Source of the DNA: an uncultured Bacilli bacterium
GTDB lineage: Bacteria > Bacillota_I > Bacilli_A > RFN20 > CAG-826
Length of the DNA: 64,000 nt
Direction of reading: 5' to 3'
Assembly (NCBI GenBank): GCA_944372115.1
Contig: CALVYH010000006.1
Location: forward strand, 47 to 64,046
Below the pieces are notes generated by a model. That model was given only the letters and a program-made list of their open reading frames with translations, did no database searches and was not told the origin of the DNA. A program made the translations under genes and the position numbers. Positions 28,610 through 39,026 of this stretch are shown here, piece after piece (positions within the stretch are counted from its first letter, which is position 1; the number at the start of each line of letters is the position of its first letter).

Positions 28610-30442
28610 ATGGAAAATAAGAAAAAGATAAAATATGGCTTTTTTTCAAATATAAAATTTTGTTATTCAATTCTTTTTAAAGCAAAGAAAAGTTACAGAT
28701 TTTTAATTCCCTTTTCATTAATTTTAGGGATATTAGCAGCTGTTGTTTCAACCTATTTACCTTCAATAATCGTCTATTTTATTGAAAATGGTTTTGAGAT
28801 AAATAAAGCATTAATTCTTTTATTATCAATTTCTTTAATATTTTTAATTTTTAAAGTAGGAAATTCATATTTAGAACAAATTTTAAATATGGGTTATACA
28901 ATTACTAGAGCGACTGTTCCTTTTTTTGACTTAACAAAAAGAAGTTTAGAAATGGACTATCAAAAATTTGAAGAAAAAGAAGTTAAAGATAAATTTATGA
29001 AAGCACAAATTGCTATTGATTCAAATTATGCAGGAGTTGAAGGAATTTATCATGACTTCCCTAAATTATTAAATGCGATAATTTCTTTAATTATTTTTGC
29101 AATTCCTTCACTTTTTATTTCTCCATTAATTTTATTAATAGCTTTAATTGGCTTTATTTTAAACTTAATTATTGCTCATTTTATAAAGAAAAAAGATAAG
29201 ATTTTAAATGATGAATGGTCTAAAATCGATAATAAAATTCGATATGTTTCGAATATTAGTGAAAATGAAATATCTTCAAAAGATATTAGAAATTATTCTT
29301 TGGCAAAAAAATTTAGCAATTTATTAGCATCATATTCAAAAGAATTAAGAAAAGTCATGCTAAAAGTAAAATTTTTATGGTTTATTCCTGATGGAGAATT
29401 AACTTTATTTGCTTTAATTAGAGATTTACTTGCTTATGCAATTTTAATTTATGAAGCGGTTAATGGAACGATTAACGCTTCCGAATTTGTTACACTTTTA
29501 GTATCTTTAACAGCATTTAATTCTTATATGGATCAAGTAATTTATTTAATTGATAATAATATTGCTTATTCATTAGGTGTTCAATATTATCGTAGTTTTT
29601 ATGATATTTATGGTGATTTTTCTCATGAAAATAAAACAGATATCAATGTTTTATCTACGCCTTTTGAAATAGAAATTAAAAATTTAAGTTTTAAATATAA
29701 AGGTAGTGATAATTATATTTTTAAAGATTTTTCTTTGAAAATTAAGAAAAACGAAAAAGTTGCAATCGTAGGAATTAATGGTGCTGGAAAAACAACTTTA
29801 GCTAAACTTTTAGTTGGTTTATATGCTCCTAATGAAGGAGAAATTTTAATAAATAATCATAATATAAAAGAATTTGATATTAATGATTACTATAAATATG
29901 TTTCGATAATTAATCAGGATGTTTTTCCTTTAGCATTCACAATTAAAGATAATATTGTTTGTTCTTATGAATACGACGAAGTAAAGTTTAAAAAATGTTT
30001 AAAAGATTCAGGCTTAGAAGAAAAGGTAAATTCATTAAAAGATAAAGAAAATACCTTTTTAACTCAAAATTTTGATAAAAACGGAGTTAATTTAAGTGGT
30101 GGAGAGCTTCAAAAAATGCTTTTAGCTAGAGCTTTATATAAAAAATCGTCTTTTTTAATTTTAGATGAACCTACTTCAGCCCTAGATCCTGTTGCTGAAA
30201 AGAATTTATATGAAAAATATAATGATTTAACTAAAAATCAAACTTCAATATTTATTTCTCATCGTCTTTCTTCAACTAGATTTTGTGATGAAATTTATTT
30301 TATTGAAAATGGAAAAATTATTGAAAAAGGAACACACGATGAACTTATGGCTTTAAAAGGAAGATATTTTGAAATGTTCAATATTCAAGCCAAATATTAT
30401 CAAGATAAAAAGGAGGGTGAAGAAGCTTATGAAGGTGCTTAA
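28610..30442 (+). CDS. ABC transporter permease/ATP-binding protein (exporter type, heterodimer subunit 1)
   Basis: Six TM helices then an NBD. Walker A GINGAGKTT, signature LSGGELQKMLLARAL, Walker B ILDEPTSALD. Confidence 0.8.
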   Translation: MENKKKIKYGFFSNIKFCYSILFKAKKSYRFLIPFSLILGILAAVVSTYLPSIIVYFIENGFEINKALILLLSISLIFLIFKVGNSYLEQILNMGYTITRATVPFFDLTKRSLEMDYQKFEEKEVKDKFMKAQIAIDSNYAGVEGIYHDFPKLLNAIISLIIFAIPSLFISPLILLIALIGFILNLIIAHFIKKKDKILNDEWSKIDNKIRYVSNISENEISSKDIRNYSLAKKFSNLLASYSKELRKVMLKVKFLWFIPDGELTLFALIRDLLAYAILIYEAVNGTINASEFVTLLVSLTAFNSYMDQVIYLIDNNIAYSLGVQYYRSFYDIYGDFSHENKTDINVLSTPFEIEIKNLSFKYKGSDNYIFKDFSLKIKKNEKVAIVGINGAGKTTLAKLLVGLYAPNEGEILINNHNIKEFDINDYYKYVSIINQDVFPLAFTIKDNIVCSYEYDEVKFKKCLKDSGLEEKVNSLKDKENTFLTQNFDKNGVNLSGGELQKMLLARALYKKSSFLILDEPTSALDPVAEKNLYEKYNDLTKNQTSIFISHRLSSTRFCDEIYFIENGKIIEKGTHDELMALKGRYFEMFNIQAKYYQDKKEGEEAYEGA

Positions 30443-32258
30443 AAATTTTTTTAAGATATTAAAATACTCTCTCAAAACTAATAAGGCTGCAATTTTAATT
30501 TCTTTATTTGTTGGACTTTTGGGTGGCATTATTATGTTTTTACCTTTAATTTTTGGAGAACAAATTTTAAATTTAGTTTATGATGCCAAAAATTTTGAAT
30601 TTATCGATATATTTGTCGTTGCTTTAATTTATGTCTCATTAACTTTTGTTGCTTCTATTTTAAATCTACTTTTAAACAGATATTTTGATTGTATAAAAAT
30701 GTTTCTTTATCAAAATACTGATATTTTGTTAGCAAAAAGAAATTTAACTTTAGATTATGAAATTTTAGAAAAAGAAGAAAACAAGTTAAAACTTCAAAGA
30801 GCTAGAGATGGCCAAAATTCTTCTGGTGGTGTTGGCTCGTTTATACAAAATTTTTCTAGTATCATCCAAAATATTTTTGTTTTAGCTTTAGGATTATTTT
30901 ATGTTTCAAAGTTATTTACTTATGATAATTCGATTGAAAATACTAATAATTTAATGAAATTTGCAAATAGTTGGTATAGTGGTTTGATTATTATTGTTAT
31001 TTTAATTCTTGGAGTTATTATTTCTGTTTTTGTATTAAAAGTAGTTTATAAAATTAATGAAAAGCTATTTGAAGCAAATGTTGATGCAAACCATCGTTTT
31101 CTATATTTTTTTAGATTAAGTGAAGATTATCGTTTTGGAAAAGATGCCCGTATTTTTAATTTAAAAGAAATTGTCTTTAAAAGAATGAAAGAATGCAATA
31201 AATATTTGAACGATTCATTTGGAAAAGCTTCAAAGAAGGCTGCGAATATTACTCTTATAACGACAATTTTTACAACTTTTGTTAGCTTTATTTCTTATTT
31301 ATTCGTCACTTTAAAAGCTTATTATGGAATAATTGATATTGGTTCAATTATTTCTGTTGTTGGATCTGTTACAAATATTTTAACTGCTTTAATTACTCTA
31401 GTTAATATTATTCAAAACATGATGCTTCAATCGAATTATTTATCTAACTTTTATGACTACTTGACATTAGATAATGAAAAGATTAAAGACGAGGTTAGTA
31501 TTGACGAAGTTAAAGCCCCATATGTTTTCGAATTTAAAAATGTCTCGTTTAAATATCCAAATTCAGATCAATATGCTCTTGATAATGTTTCCTTTACATT
31601 AGGAAATTACGATAAAACCGCAATTGTTGGCAAAAATGGAGCTGGAAAATCAACAATCATCAAATTAATCGCAAGATTTTATAAACCTGAAAAAGGAGAA
31701 ATTTTAGTTAATGGAATTAATATTAATCGCTTTAATTTCAAAGATTATCAAAAATTATTTGCTATAGTTTTTCAAGATTTCACTCTTTTTGCTTTCTCAA
31801 TAAAAGAAAATGTTGCTGCAAATAAACAAATCGATGAAGAATTAATTAAAAAAGATTTGGATAATGTTAATTTTGATTATAAAAAGTTTGATAAAGGAAT
31901 AGACACCTTTTTATATAAATATTTAGAAGAAGGAGTTGAAGTTAGTGGTGGGGAAGCTCAAAAAATTGCGATTGCTAGAGCACTTTATAAAGATAGCGAT
32001 TATGTTTTCTTAGATGAACCGACTTCGGCACTTGATCCAATAAGTGAAGCTGAAATCTATTCACTTTTTGATAAGTTGGTCAATAATAAAAAAGCTATTT
32101 ATATTTCACACCGTATGTCTTCAACTAAATTTTGCGATAATATCATTGTTATCGATAAAGGGAAGATAATTGAATGTGGAAATCATGAAACTTTAATGAA
32201 AATACCTAATGGTGTTTATAAAGACTTATTTGATTCACAAGCTAAATATTATAAATAA
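30429..32258 (+). CDS. ABC transporter permease/ATP-binding protein (exporter type, heterodimer subunit 2)
   Basis: Start chosen at MKVLKNFF (AAGGAGG RBS). Walker A GKNGAGKST, signature VSGGEAQKIAIARAL, Walker B FLDEPTSALD. Confidence 0.8.
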   Translation: MKVLKNFFKILKYSLKTNKAAILISLFVGLLGGIIMFLPLIFGEQILNLVYDAKNFEFIDIFVVALIYVSLTFVASILNLLLNRYFDCIKMFLYQNTDILLAKRNLTLDYEILEKEENKLKLQRARDGQNSSGGVGSFIQNFSSIIQNIFVLALGLFYVSKLFTYDNSIENTNNLMKFANSWYSGLIIIVILILGVIISVFVLKVVYKINEKLFEANVDANHRFLYFFRLSEDYRFGKDARIFNLKEIVFKRMKECNKYLNDSFGKASKKAANITLITTIFTTFVSFISYLFVTLKAYYGIIDIGSIISVVGSVTNILTALITLVNIIQNMMLQSNYLSNFYDYLTLDNEKIKDEVSIDEVKAPYVFEFKNVSFKYPNSDQYALDNVSFTLGNYDKTAIVGKNGAGKSTIIKLIARFYKPEKGEILVNGININRFNFKDYQKLFAIVFQDFTLFAFSIKENVAANKQIDEELIKKDLDNVNFDYKKFDKGIDTFLYKYLEEGVEVSGGEAQKIAIARALYKDSDYVFLDEPTSALDPISEAEIYSLFDKLVNNKKAIYISHRMSSTKFCDNIIVIDKGKIIECGNHETLMKIPNGVYKDLFDSQAKYYK

Positions 32259-32262
32259 AATT

Positions 32263-32288
32263 GAGCGATAAAAATCGCTCTTTTTTAT
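32263..32288 (+). terminator. rho-independent terminator after the ABC exporter pair
   Basis: GAGCGAT-aaaaa-ATCGCTC followed by TTTTTT. Confidence 0.7.
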
Positions 32289-32433
32289 TACCACGTGTAA
32301 AGATTAATATAAATAATTATCGCTTTTATTTTTATCTATTATTTTTATATTAATTAAATCTTTAAATTTATTTTTAACTAAAATTTAATTCATTTATAAT
32401 AATAAATGAATTTTTTCTAGGAGATTATTAATT

Positions 32434-33492
32434 ATGGGTTTTAAAAAGGAAGAAAAAAAGGTTGAAGTTGCACCTTTAAATGAAGAAAAGACCGTTTTAA
32501 AGGAAGGAGAAGAAACAAATAGTGATGAAGAAAAAGTTTTTAATCCTGAAGAAATTGAAAACGGCGAAGAAGAAGTTTTAAATGTTGAAGAAAGTGAAAA
32601 AGATTTAGCTAAAAAAATTGATGAAAAAAGAGAAGAATTTAATAAATTCGGCAAAAAATTAAAAATGTGGAACTATGTAGTTACCGCAGTTTTACTTATC
32701 GTTTTAGTTTTAGCTTTAGTCCTTGCTCTTACTTTAGGCAATCAAGAAGGTCAAAGTTGGATTACAATTGTTGTTTTATGCTGCGCAATTGCTCTTTTAG
32801 TCGGTTCATTTATTTTTTCAAGATTTCAAAGAAAAAAACTTGATAGTGCTGGAAATGAATATGTTCAATTCGTTTTAGGTGAAACAAATAAAGAAATATA
32901 TTCAGGAGATAGATTTAAAGATTTATCTTTTACAATTACTGCTGATGAAAAAGCACTTTTTGATGAATCAAAAATGTTTTTAAATATTAAAACTTTTAAA
33001 GCAATAAATGTTTCTAGTGGATTAGTTAATAACAAACCATTCACAGTTTTTGATTGTGCTGCATCAATTTTAGTTAAAAATAGACCACAACCAAGATTTT
33101 TAGGAAGAATGTATGTTTTTGATCTTGAAGGAATTGATTTAAATTTAAGAGGTTTATTCCAACTTAAAGGAAAAGAATATTCTTATCCAGTTGATGATCT
33201 TGACGGATTAAAATTAATCGATGGAAATGAAAAATATAGTTTCTATGTTAACGATGAAAGAGTAAAAGAAGTTTTAAACACTAAACTTTTAAGTATCGTT
33301 AAAAAATTTAAGATTGATAAAACAATTATTGATGTAATTGTTTCACTTAATAATGGAAAACTTTTTGTTGGTATTGATTATGCTGATGATTTTATTAATG
33401 TTCCAACAAAAGAATCAGTAAATTTAAAAAATATAGCAAAAAGCAAAGCTGATTTAGAAAAAGTTATTGAAATAAGAGAAGCTATCAAATAA
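32434..33492 (+). CDS. hypothetical membrane protein (acidic N-terminus, two TM helices, ~230-aa C-terminal domain)
   Basis: E-rich N-terminal 75 aa. TM segments VVTAVLLIVLVLALVLALTL and ITIVVLCCAIALLVGSFIF. RBS AGGAG. Confidence 0.5.
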   Translation: MGFKKEEKKVEVAPLNEEKTVLKEGEETNSDEEKVFNPEEIENGEEEVLNVEESEKDLAKKIDEKREEFNKFGKKLKMWNYVVTAVLLIVLVLALVLALTLGNQEGQSWITIVVLCCAIALLVGSFIFSRFQRKKLDSAGNEYVQFVLGETNKEIYSGDRFKDLSFTITADEKALFDESKMFLNIKTFKAINVSSGLVNNKPFTVFDCAASILVKNRPQPRFLGRMYVFDLEGIDLNLRGLFQLKGKEYSYPVDDLDGLKLIDGNEKYSFYVNDERVKEVLNTKLLSIVKKFKIDKTIIDVIVSLNNGKLFVGIDYADDFINVPTKESVNLKNIAKSKADLEKVIEIREAIK

Positions 33493-33577
33493 CGCTATAT
33501 TTTTATTTATCTTTATTTAATTTTTAAAAATTTAAGCAATATCTTAAATTTTTTAAAAGAAAGGAGGAAATAAAAAT

Positions 33578-34114
33578 ATGGATAATTTGACTAAGAAATG
33601 GATAGAAGTTCAAGGATATAAACACGATGGAAGAATGCATCGTATTTGGGATCGTGTTTATGTTGTTGAAGAAAAAGAAAATTATATAGTTGTTTGTTCT
33701 ACTAAAACTAAAGTTATTGAACATAATTTTAGAGTTTGGTATACAAAAGAACCTGCTGTAATGATATTTTTTAAAGATATATGGATGAATGTTATTGCGA
33801 TGTTTAAAAAAAGTGGTATTACTTATTATGTAAATTTAGCATCGCCATATATTAAAGATAAAGGATATATTAAATATATTGATTATGATTTGGATATGAA
33901 ATTATATCCAAATCATAATATTCGTATTATCGATGTAAAAGAATATGCTTATCATCGAGAAAAATATCAATATGGAGAAGATATTGATACGATTTTAAAA
34001 TATAACATCAATAAAATAAAAAACATGATGAAAGAAGGTAAATTTCCTTTTGTTGATGAAAAAATTAATGAATTTTATGAACGTTATAAAGAGGAAGAAG
34101 GGTTAAATAAATAG
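33578..34114 (+). CDS. DUF402 / UPF0374-family nucleoside tri-/diphosphatase (Ntdp-like)
   Basis: QGYKHDGRMHRIWD...TKEPAVMIFFKDIWMNVIAMFKK...YYVNLASPY...KYIDYDLDMK matches the Ntdp family signature blocks. Confidence 0.7.
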   Translation: MDNLTKKWIEVQGYKHDGRMHRIWDRVYVVEEKENYIVVCSTKTKVIEHNFRVWYTKEPAVMIFFKDIWMNVIAMFKKSGITYYVNLASPYIKDKGYIKYIDYDLDMKLYPNHNIRIIDVKEYAYHREKYQYGEDIDTILKYNINKIKNMMKEGKFPFVDEKINEFYERYKEEEGLNK

Positions 34115-34116
34115 AT

Positions 34117-34596
34117 ATGGAAATAAAAATTATTACTAAAAATAAAGAAGAAACATTAAAACTAGGAGAAATAATCGCTTCTAAAATATTTATCGGTGAA
34201 ATAATTACTTTAAGTGGTGATTTAGGAGCAGGAAAAACGACTTTAACTAAAGGAATTGGTAAAAAACTTGGTGTTAAAGAAGAGATTAATTCTCCTACTT
34301 TTAACATCTTAAAATGTTATTTTTCTTCTTCGATTCCTTTATACCATATCGATGCCTATCGTTTAGAAGACATTCCACGTGAAAATAAAAATATTGGTTT
34401 AGAAGAAGTTATCGAAGGAGATGGCGTTGCAATTATTGAATGGCCAAAATTTATTGAAGAATTTTTAAATTTTGATGATGTTCTTGATATTGTTATTAAA
34501 ATTAATGAAAATAACGAACGTGAATTTACTATTTCAAGTAAAAATGAAAGATTTTCATCATTATTTAACGAATTAAAAGAGGTTTATAAGCTATGA
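34117..34596 (+). CDS. tsaE: tRNA threonylcarbamoyladenosine biosynthesis protein TsaE
   Basis: P-loop GDLGAGKTTLTKGI. ~159 aa. Followed by tsaB-rimI-tsaD. Confidence 0.85.
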   Translation: MEIKIITKNKEETLKLGEIIASKIFIGEIITLSGDLGAGKTTLTKGIGKKLGVKEEINSPTFNILKCYFSSSIPLYHIDAYRLEDIPRENKNIGLEEVIEGDGVAIIEWPKFIEEFLNFDDVLDIVIKINENNEREFTISSKNERFSSLFNELKEVYKL

Positions 34597-35177
34597 TTAC
34601 TTTACTTTTAGATTCATCAAATACACTTTTAGTTGTTGGTCTTGCTAAAGATAATAAGGTTATTGATCAAACAATTTATAAAGCTTGGCAAAAACAAAGT
34701 GAGTTTATGATTTTAGAAATCGAAAAGATTTTAAAAAGAAATGATATTGATCCAAAAAGTATTGGAGAAATAGTTGTTAGTAAAGGTCCTGGTTCTTATA
34801 CTGGTGTAAGAATTGCCTTAACTATCGCAAAAATTTATGGCTATTCATTAAATATTCCAGTTTATGCTATTTCTTCTTTACAAATGTTAATGAAAAAAGA
34901 TAAACCTTCAATTTGTTTAATGAACGCAAGAAGTGCTCGTTCTTATATTGGTGTTTATATTAACAATGAAATTATTTTAAAAGATCAAGTATTGACTAAT
35001 GAAGAAGTTAAGAAATATATTGAAACACATCCTGATTATGAAGTTATGGGTGAAGTAGAATATTTAAATATCAATCCAAAAGAAAGTGATATTTTAAATA
35101 ATATGTTATTTTTAAGAAACGAAGAAAATAAAGTTGAAAATATTTTGACTTTGAAAGCAGTATATTTAAAGGATTAA
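34593..35177 (+). CDS. tsaB: tRNA threonylcarbamoyladenosine biosynthesis protein TsaB
   Basis: YeaZ-like N-terminal domain (VVSKGPGSYTGVRIALTIAK). Operon context. Confidence 0.8.
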   Translation: MITLLLDSSNTLLVVGLAKDNKVIDQTIYKAWQKQSEFMILEIEKILKRNDIDPKSIGEIVVSKGPGSYTGVRIALTIAKIYGYSLNIPVYAISSLQMLMKKDKPSICLMNARSARSYIGVYINNEIILKDQVLTNEEVKKYIETHPDYEVMGEVEYLNINPKESDILNNMLFLRNEENKVENILTLKAVYLKD

Positions 35178-35178
35178 A

Positions 35179-35622
35179 ATGGAAATTTTAGAAGCAAAAA
35201 AAGAAGATTTTGAAGATATTTATGAAATAGAAAAAACTTCGACTAACGAAGTCATGAGTTTAGAAGAATTAAAATACGAATTTAATGAAAATCCAGTTTC
35301 TAAATTTATGATTTTAAAAGACGATAACGATGAAATTGTTTCTTATATCGACTATTGGATAACTTTTGATTCTTCAACAATTTTTAAAATTGTTACAAAA
35401 GAAAACGCTAGAAATAAAGGATATGCTAAAAAGCTTTTAATAAAAGTTATCGATGAATTAAAAAAGAATGGAGAAGTTTTATATTTAACTTTGGAAGTAA
35501 GAAAATCCAATATTTTTGCAATAAAATTATATGAATCTTTAAAATTTGAAAGAATTGTTATAAAAGAAAAGTATTATAAAGATGGCGAAGATGCTATTTA
35601 TATGGTAAGAGGAATTTATTAA
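35179..35622 (+). CDS. rimI: ribosomal-protein-alanine N-acetyltransferase (GNAT)
   Basis: GNAT motif RNKGYAKKLL. Conserved position between tsaB and tsaD. Confidence 0.75.
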   Translation: MEILEAKKEDFEDIYEIEKTSTNEVMSLEELKYEFNENPVSKFMILKDDNDEIVSYIDYWITFDSSTIFKIVTKENARNKGYAKKLLIKVIDELKKNGEVLYLTLEVRKSNIFAIKLYESLKFERIVIKEKYYKDGEDAIYMVRGIY

Positions 35623-35624
35623 TT

Positions 35625-36638
35625 ATGGATGGAATTATTTTAGCGATTGAATCGAGCTGTGATGAAACGGCTGTTGCTATTTTAAAAAATGGTGAATTAA
35701 AGGCAAATGTAATCTCTTCTCAAATAGAAGTTCATCAAAAATATGGCGGAGTTATGCCAGAAATTGCTTCTAGATTACATTTAGAAAATATCGGAGCAGT
35801 TTTAGATGAAGCTTTAAAAAAGAGTGATACTAAATTAGAAGATGTTAGTGCGATTGCTTTTACTCGTGGGCCTGGATTAATTGGTGCTTTACACGTTGGT
35901 TTACAAGCCGCAAAAACTCTTTCATTAATCTATAATATTCCTTTAATTCCAGTTCATCATTTAGCAGGCCATATTTATGCAAATGAATATGTTGAAAAAT
36001 TAGAGTTTCCACTTTTAGCAGTTGTTGTTAGTGGTGGAAATACTGAACTTGTTTATATGAAAGATCATCTTGATTTTAAAATTATCGGTGAAACAAAAGA
36101 TGATGCTATTGGCGAAAGTTATGATAAAGTTGCTCGTGTTTTAGGGCTTCCTTATCCAGGAGGAGTTGCTATTGATAAACTTGCAAAAGAAGGAGAACAT
36201 AACTATAAACTTCCTACCCCTTTACACGATAATTCATTAGATTTTTCATATTCTGGATTAAAAACTGCAGTTATAAATTTAATTCATAAAGAAGAACAAA
36301 ACGGAAATAAGATTAGAGTAGCTGATATGGCAAAATCATTCCAAGATGTCGCTATTAAAGAAGTTATCGAAAGAGTAAAAAGAGCAACAGAAAGATATGA
36401 AATAAAAGAAATTGTTTTAGCTGGGGGAGTTAGTGCAAATTCTTATTTAAGAAGTGAAATAACTAAAATATTTGAAAATAGTAATATTAAGGTAATTATT
36501 CCACCTTTATGGTGCACAACCGATAACGCAGCAATGATTGCAATGGTTGGAAATTATCTTTATGACAGAAAATTATTTGCTCCTCTTTCAATTGGAGTAG
36601 ATCCATCTTGGAAAATAGAGGATTTTGATAAGTTTTAA
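35625..36638 (+). CDS. tsaD: tRNA N6-adenosine threonylcarbamoyltransferase TsaD
   Basis: ILAIESSCDETAVAI N-terminus and conserved Kae1/TsaD HH and GG blocks. 337 aa. Confidence 0.9.
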   Translation: MDGIILAIESSCDETAVAILKNGELKANVISSQIEVHQKYGGVMPEIASRLHLENIGAVLDEALKKSDTKLEDVSAIAFTRGPGLIGALHVGLQAAKTLSLIYNIPLIPVHHLAGHIYANEYVEKLEFPLLAVVVSGGNTELVYMKDHLDFKIIGETKDDAIGESYDKVARVLGLPYPGGVAIDKLAKEGEHNYKLPTPLHDNSLDFSYSGLKTAVINLIHKEEQNGNKIRVADMAKSFQDVAIKEVIERVKRATERYEIKEIVLAGGVSANSYLRSEITKIFENSNIKVIIPPLWCTTDNAAMIAMVGNYLYDRKLFAPLSIGVDPSWKIEDFDKF

Positions 36639-36690
36639 TTAATAATTATGTTATAATTATTAAGATTTTAGGAGATAAAAGTATTAAATT

Positions 36691-38070
36691 ATGGAAAGAA
36701 CGATGGACTTAGCTCATGATTTATTTGTAAAACTTGCTAATAATGAGCTTAAAGATAATGCTGAAGTAACTTTAGAAGGCTGGATTAGAGGAAATAGAGA
36801 TAATGGTTCAGTCGGATTTATTGAATTTAACGATGGAAGTTGTTTTAAAAATATTCAACTTGTTTATACTAACGAAACAAAAAATTACGAAGAAATTTCT
36901 CATTTTAAATATGCTTCTGCCATTTTTGTTAAAGGAAAGGTTAAATTAACACCAGAAAATAAACAACCATTCGAAATTTTAATCGATGAAGCTAGTGTTT
37001 TAGGTGATGTTAGTGATGATTATCCATTACAAAAAAAGAGACATTCATTTGAATTTTTAAGAGATATTGCATATTTAAGGCCAAGAGCAAATACTTTTAA
37101 TGCTTTATTTAGAGTAAGAAATAAACTCGCTTTTGCTATTCATAAATTTTTCCAAGAAAGAGGATTTATGTATGTTCATACTCCTATTATTACTGGAAAT
37201 GATGCTGAAGGGGCCGGCCAATGCTTCAAAGTTGTTGAAGATTTAAAACATCCTACAGAATTTTTTAATGCTAATGCTTGTTTAACAGTTTCCGGTCAAT
37301 TACATGTTGAACCATTTGCTCTTTGCTTTAGAGATGTTTATACATTTGGCCCAACATTTAGAGCAGAACATTCAAATACTTCTCGTCATGCATCTGAATT
37401 TTGGATGATTGAACCAGAAATTGCTTTTGCAGATTTAGAAGATGATATGAATTTAATGGAAGATTTCTTAAAATATATAATTAAATATGTTTTAGAAAAT
37501 TGTCCAGATGAAATGAATTTCTTTAATACAATGATTGAAAAAGGTGTCATTGATAAAATGAATCATATTTTAAATTCACATTTTAAAAGAATGACTTATA
37601 CTGAAGCGATTGAAATCTTAAAAAAAGCAAAAGAAGGCGGACATAAGTTTGAATATAGTGATATTTTCTGGGGAATGGATCTTCAAAGTGAACACGAAAG
37701 ATATATCACAGAAGAAGTTGTTAAAGGACCAGTATTCTTAATTGATTACCCTAAAGAAATTAAATCTTTCTATATGAAACTTAATAAAGATGGAAAAACT
37801 GTCGCAGCTTGTGATTTACTTGTTCCAGGAGTTGGTGAAATTTGTGGCGGGTCACAAAGAGAAGATAACTACGATTTATTAAAAGAAAGAATGGATCAAC
37901 AAGGTAATAGCGAAATATTAAATTGGTATCTATCTTTAAGAAAATATGGCGGTTGTGTCCATAGTGGATTTGGCCTTGGATTTGATAGATTACTTATGTA
38001 TTTAACAGGTTTAAGCAATATTCGTGATGTTCAACCTTATCCAAGAACCCCAGGAGGATTAAAATATTAA
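36691..38070 (+). CDS. asnS: asparagine--tRNA ligase
   Basis: Class II aaRS motifs, including [24 protein letters not shown] and [16 protein letters not shown]-terminal OB fold. 459 aa. Confidence 0.9.
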   Translation: MERTMDLAHDLFVKLANNELKDNAEVTLEGWIRGNRDNGSVGFIEFNDGSCFKNIQLVYTNETKNYEEISHFKYASAIFVKGKVKLTPENKQPFEILIDEASVLGDVSDDYPLQKKRHSFEFLRDIAYLRPRANTFNALFRVRNKLAFAIHKFFQERGFMYVHTPIITGNDAEGAGQCFKVVEDLKHPTEFFNANACLTVSGQLHVEPFALCFRDVYTFGPTFRAEHSNTSRHASEFWMIEPEIAFADLEDDMNLMEDFLKYIIKYVLENCPDEMNFFNTMIEKGVIDKMNHILNSHFKRMTYTEAIEILKKAKEGGHKFEYSDIFWGMDLQSEHERYITEEVVKGPVFLIDYPKEIKSFYMKLNKDGKTVAACDLLVPGVGEICGGSQREDNYDLLKERMDQQGNSEILNWYLSLRKYGGCVHSGFGLGFDRLLMYLTGLSNIRDVQPYPRTPGGLKY

Positions 38071-38073
38071 TAT

Positions 38074-38292
38074 ATGGCTAAAAAGAAAGAAAATTTTATT
38101 GAAGAAGATGAAAAAGTTTTAAAACCAAAAGTAAGAACCACATCTAAAACTGTTGAAATTGAAACGATTAAAGAAGAAAAATCTATTAACTATAAAAGAA
38201 ATAGAACTATCGTTATAACTTTTTCTATTCTTTCATTTCTTCTTTTTGCTTACATTATTTATCTAGTTGTAATGACTTTTATAGGTAAATAA
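38074..38292 (+). CDS. possible small single-TM protein
   Basis: 72 aa with a charged N-terminus and a C-terminal TM helix (IVITFSILSFLLFAYIIYLVVMTF). Followed by a strong terminator. Confidence 0.35.
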   Translation: MAKKKENFIEEDEKVLKPKVRTTSKTVEIETIKEEKSINYKRNRTIVITFSILSFLLFAYIIYLVVMTFIGK

Positions 38293-38312
38293 AATAAAAA
38301 ATTATTAAAAAT

Positions 38313-38348
38313 AAAATCCGTATTTATTCGATAAAATACGGATTTTTT
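38313..38348. terminator. bidirectional rho-independent terminator
   Basis: AAAATCCGTATTT-attcgat-AAATACGGATTTT forms a 13-bp stem with flanking A and T runs. Confidence 0.7.
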
Positions 38349-38354
38349 AATATA

Positions 38355-39023
38355 TTATTTATTATTTTCATCAACATTTTTCATTTGTCCATTATAAAAT
38401 GTTCCAAGATCAATTTTATCTAAGTTTGCACTAAATATTTCTTTAGCAGTTTTGTTAATTCTATATTTTCTTGCCACATAAGCTTGGACGTCAATCAAAT
38501 AAATAATTCCTCCGCTAAAAGTAAAAGCAAAAATAAAATAATTAAATATTCTTTCATCAGTAAATGGAGAAGGAGCAAACCAAACAATTTTTTCCCAATC
38601 TAAAGCAAGAGGTGGAATATATTTTATAGAAGAAAAATCAAGTAAATAAAATAATGAACCAATACCTGTTTCTTTAGATAAAAGGGAATCAGACCATCTA
38701 GAGAATGTAAATCCATAAATTAAATAAAGAATTAAAGCAACGAAAAGAAGCGAAAGAGGAAGGGCGCTTGCTTTAAAAAAGCGGTCCATACTTTTAATAT
38801 TGGCAATTTCTTTATAATCTTTTGGGTTATCGATAAGACGAGAAACAATTAATTTTCCCATATCTTTATCAACTGCTTTAGCTTGTTTTCTCATAATAAA
38901 ACGGATTAAAGCACCGATTAAACCTATAAGAACAAAAACAAAAATAACAATAAAAAAGATGATTAGAAGAATTTTCCACCAATTTTCAGTAAAAAAGTTA
39001 CTTAAAAATATAAATTTATTCAT
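38355..39023 (-). CDS. hypothetical membrane protein
   Basis: 222 aa with 4-5 predicted TM helices. No recognisable motif. Confidence 0.5.
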   Translation of the reverse strand: MNKFIFLSNFFTENWWKILLIIFFIVIFVFVLIGLIGALIRFIMRKQAKAVDKDMGKLIVSRLIDNPKDYKEIANIKSMDRFFKASALPLSLLFVALILYLIYGFTFSRWSDSLLSKETGIGSLFYLLDFSSIKYIPPLALDWEKIVWFAPSPFTDERIFNYFIFAFTFSGGIIYLIDVQAYVARKYRINKTAKEIFSANLDKIDLGTFYNGQMKNVDENNK

Positions 39024-39026
39024 GTT

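Noticed and set aside
32394-32654. Minus-strand Ser-rich 86-aa ORF
   Set aside because: Antisense to the E-rich N-terminus of the 32434 gene (complement of GAA repeats).
33524-34307. Minus-strand ORFs 33524-33724 and 34065-34307
   Set aside because: Shadows overlapping the ntdp and tsaE genes, which have clear family signatures.
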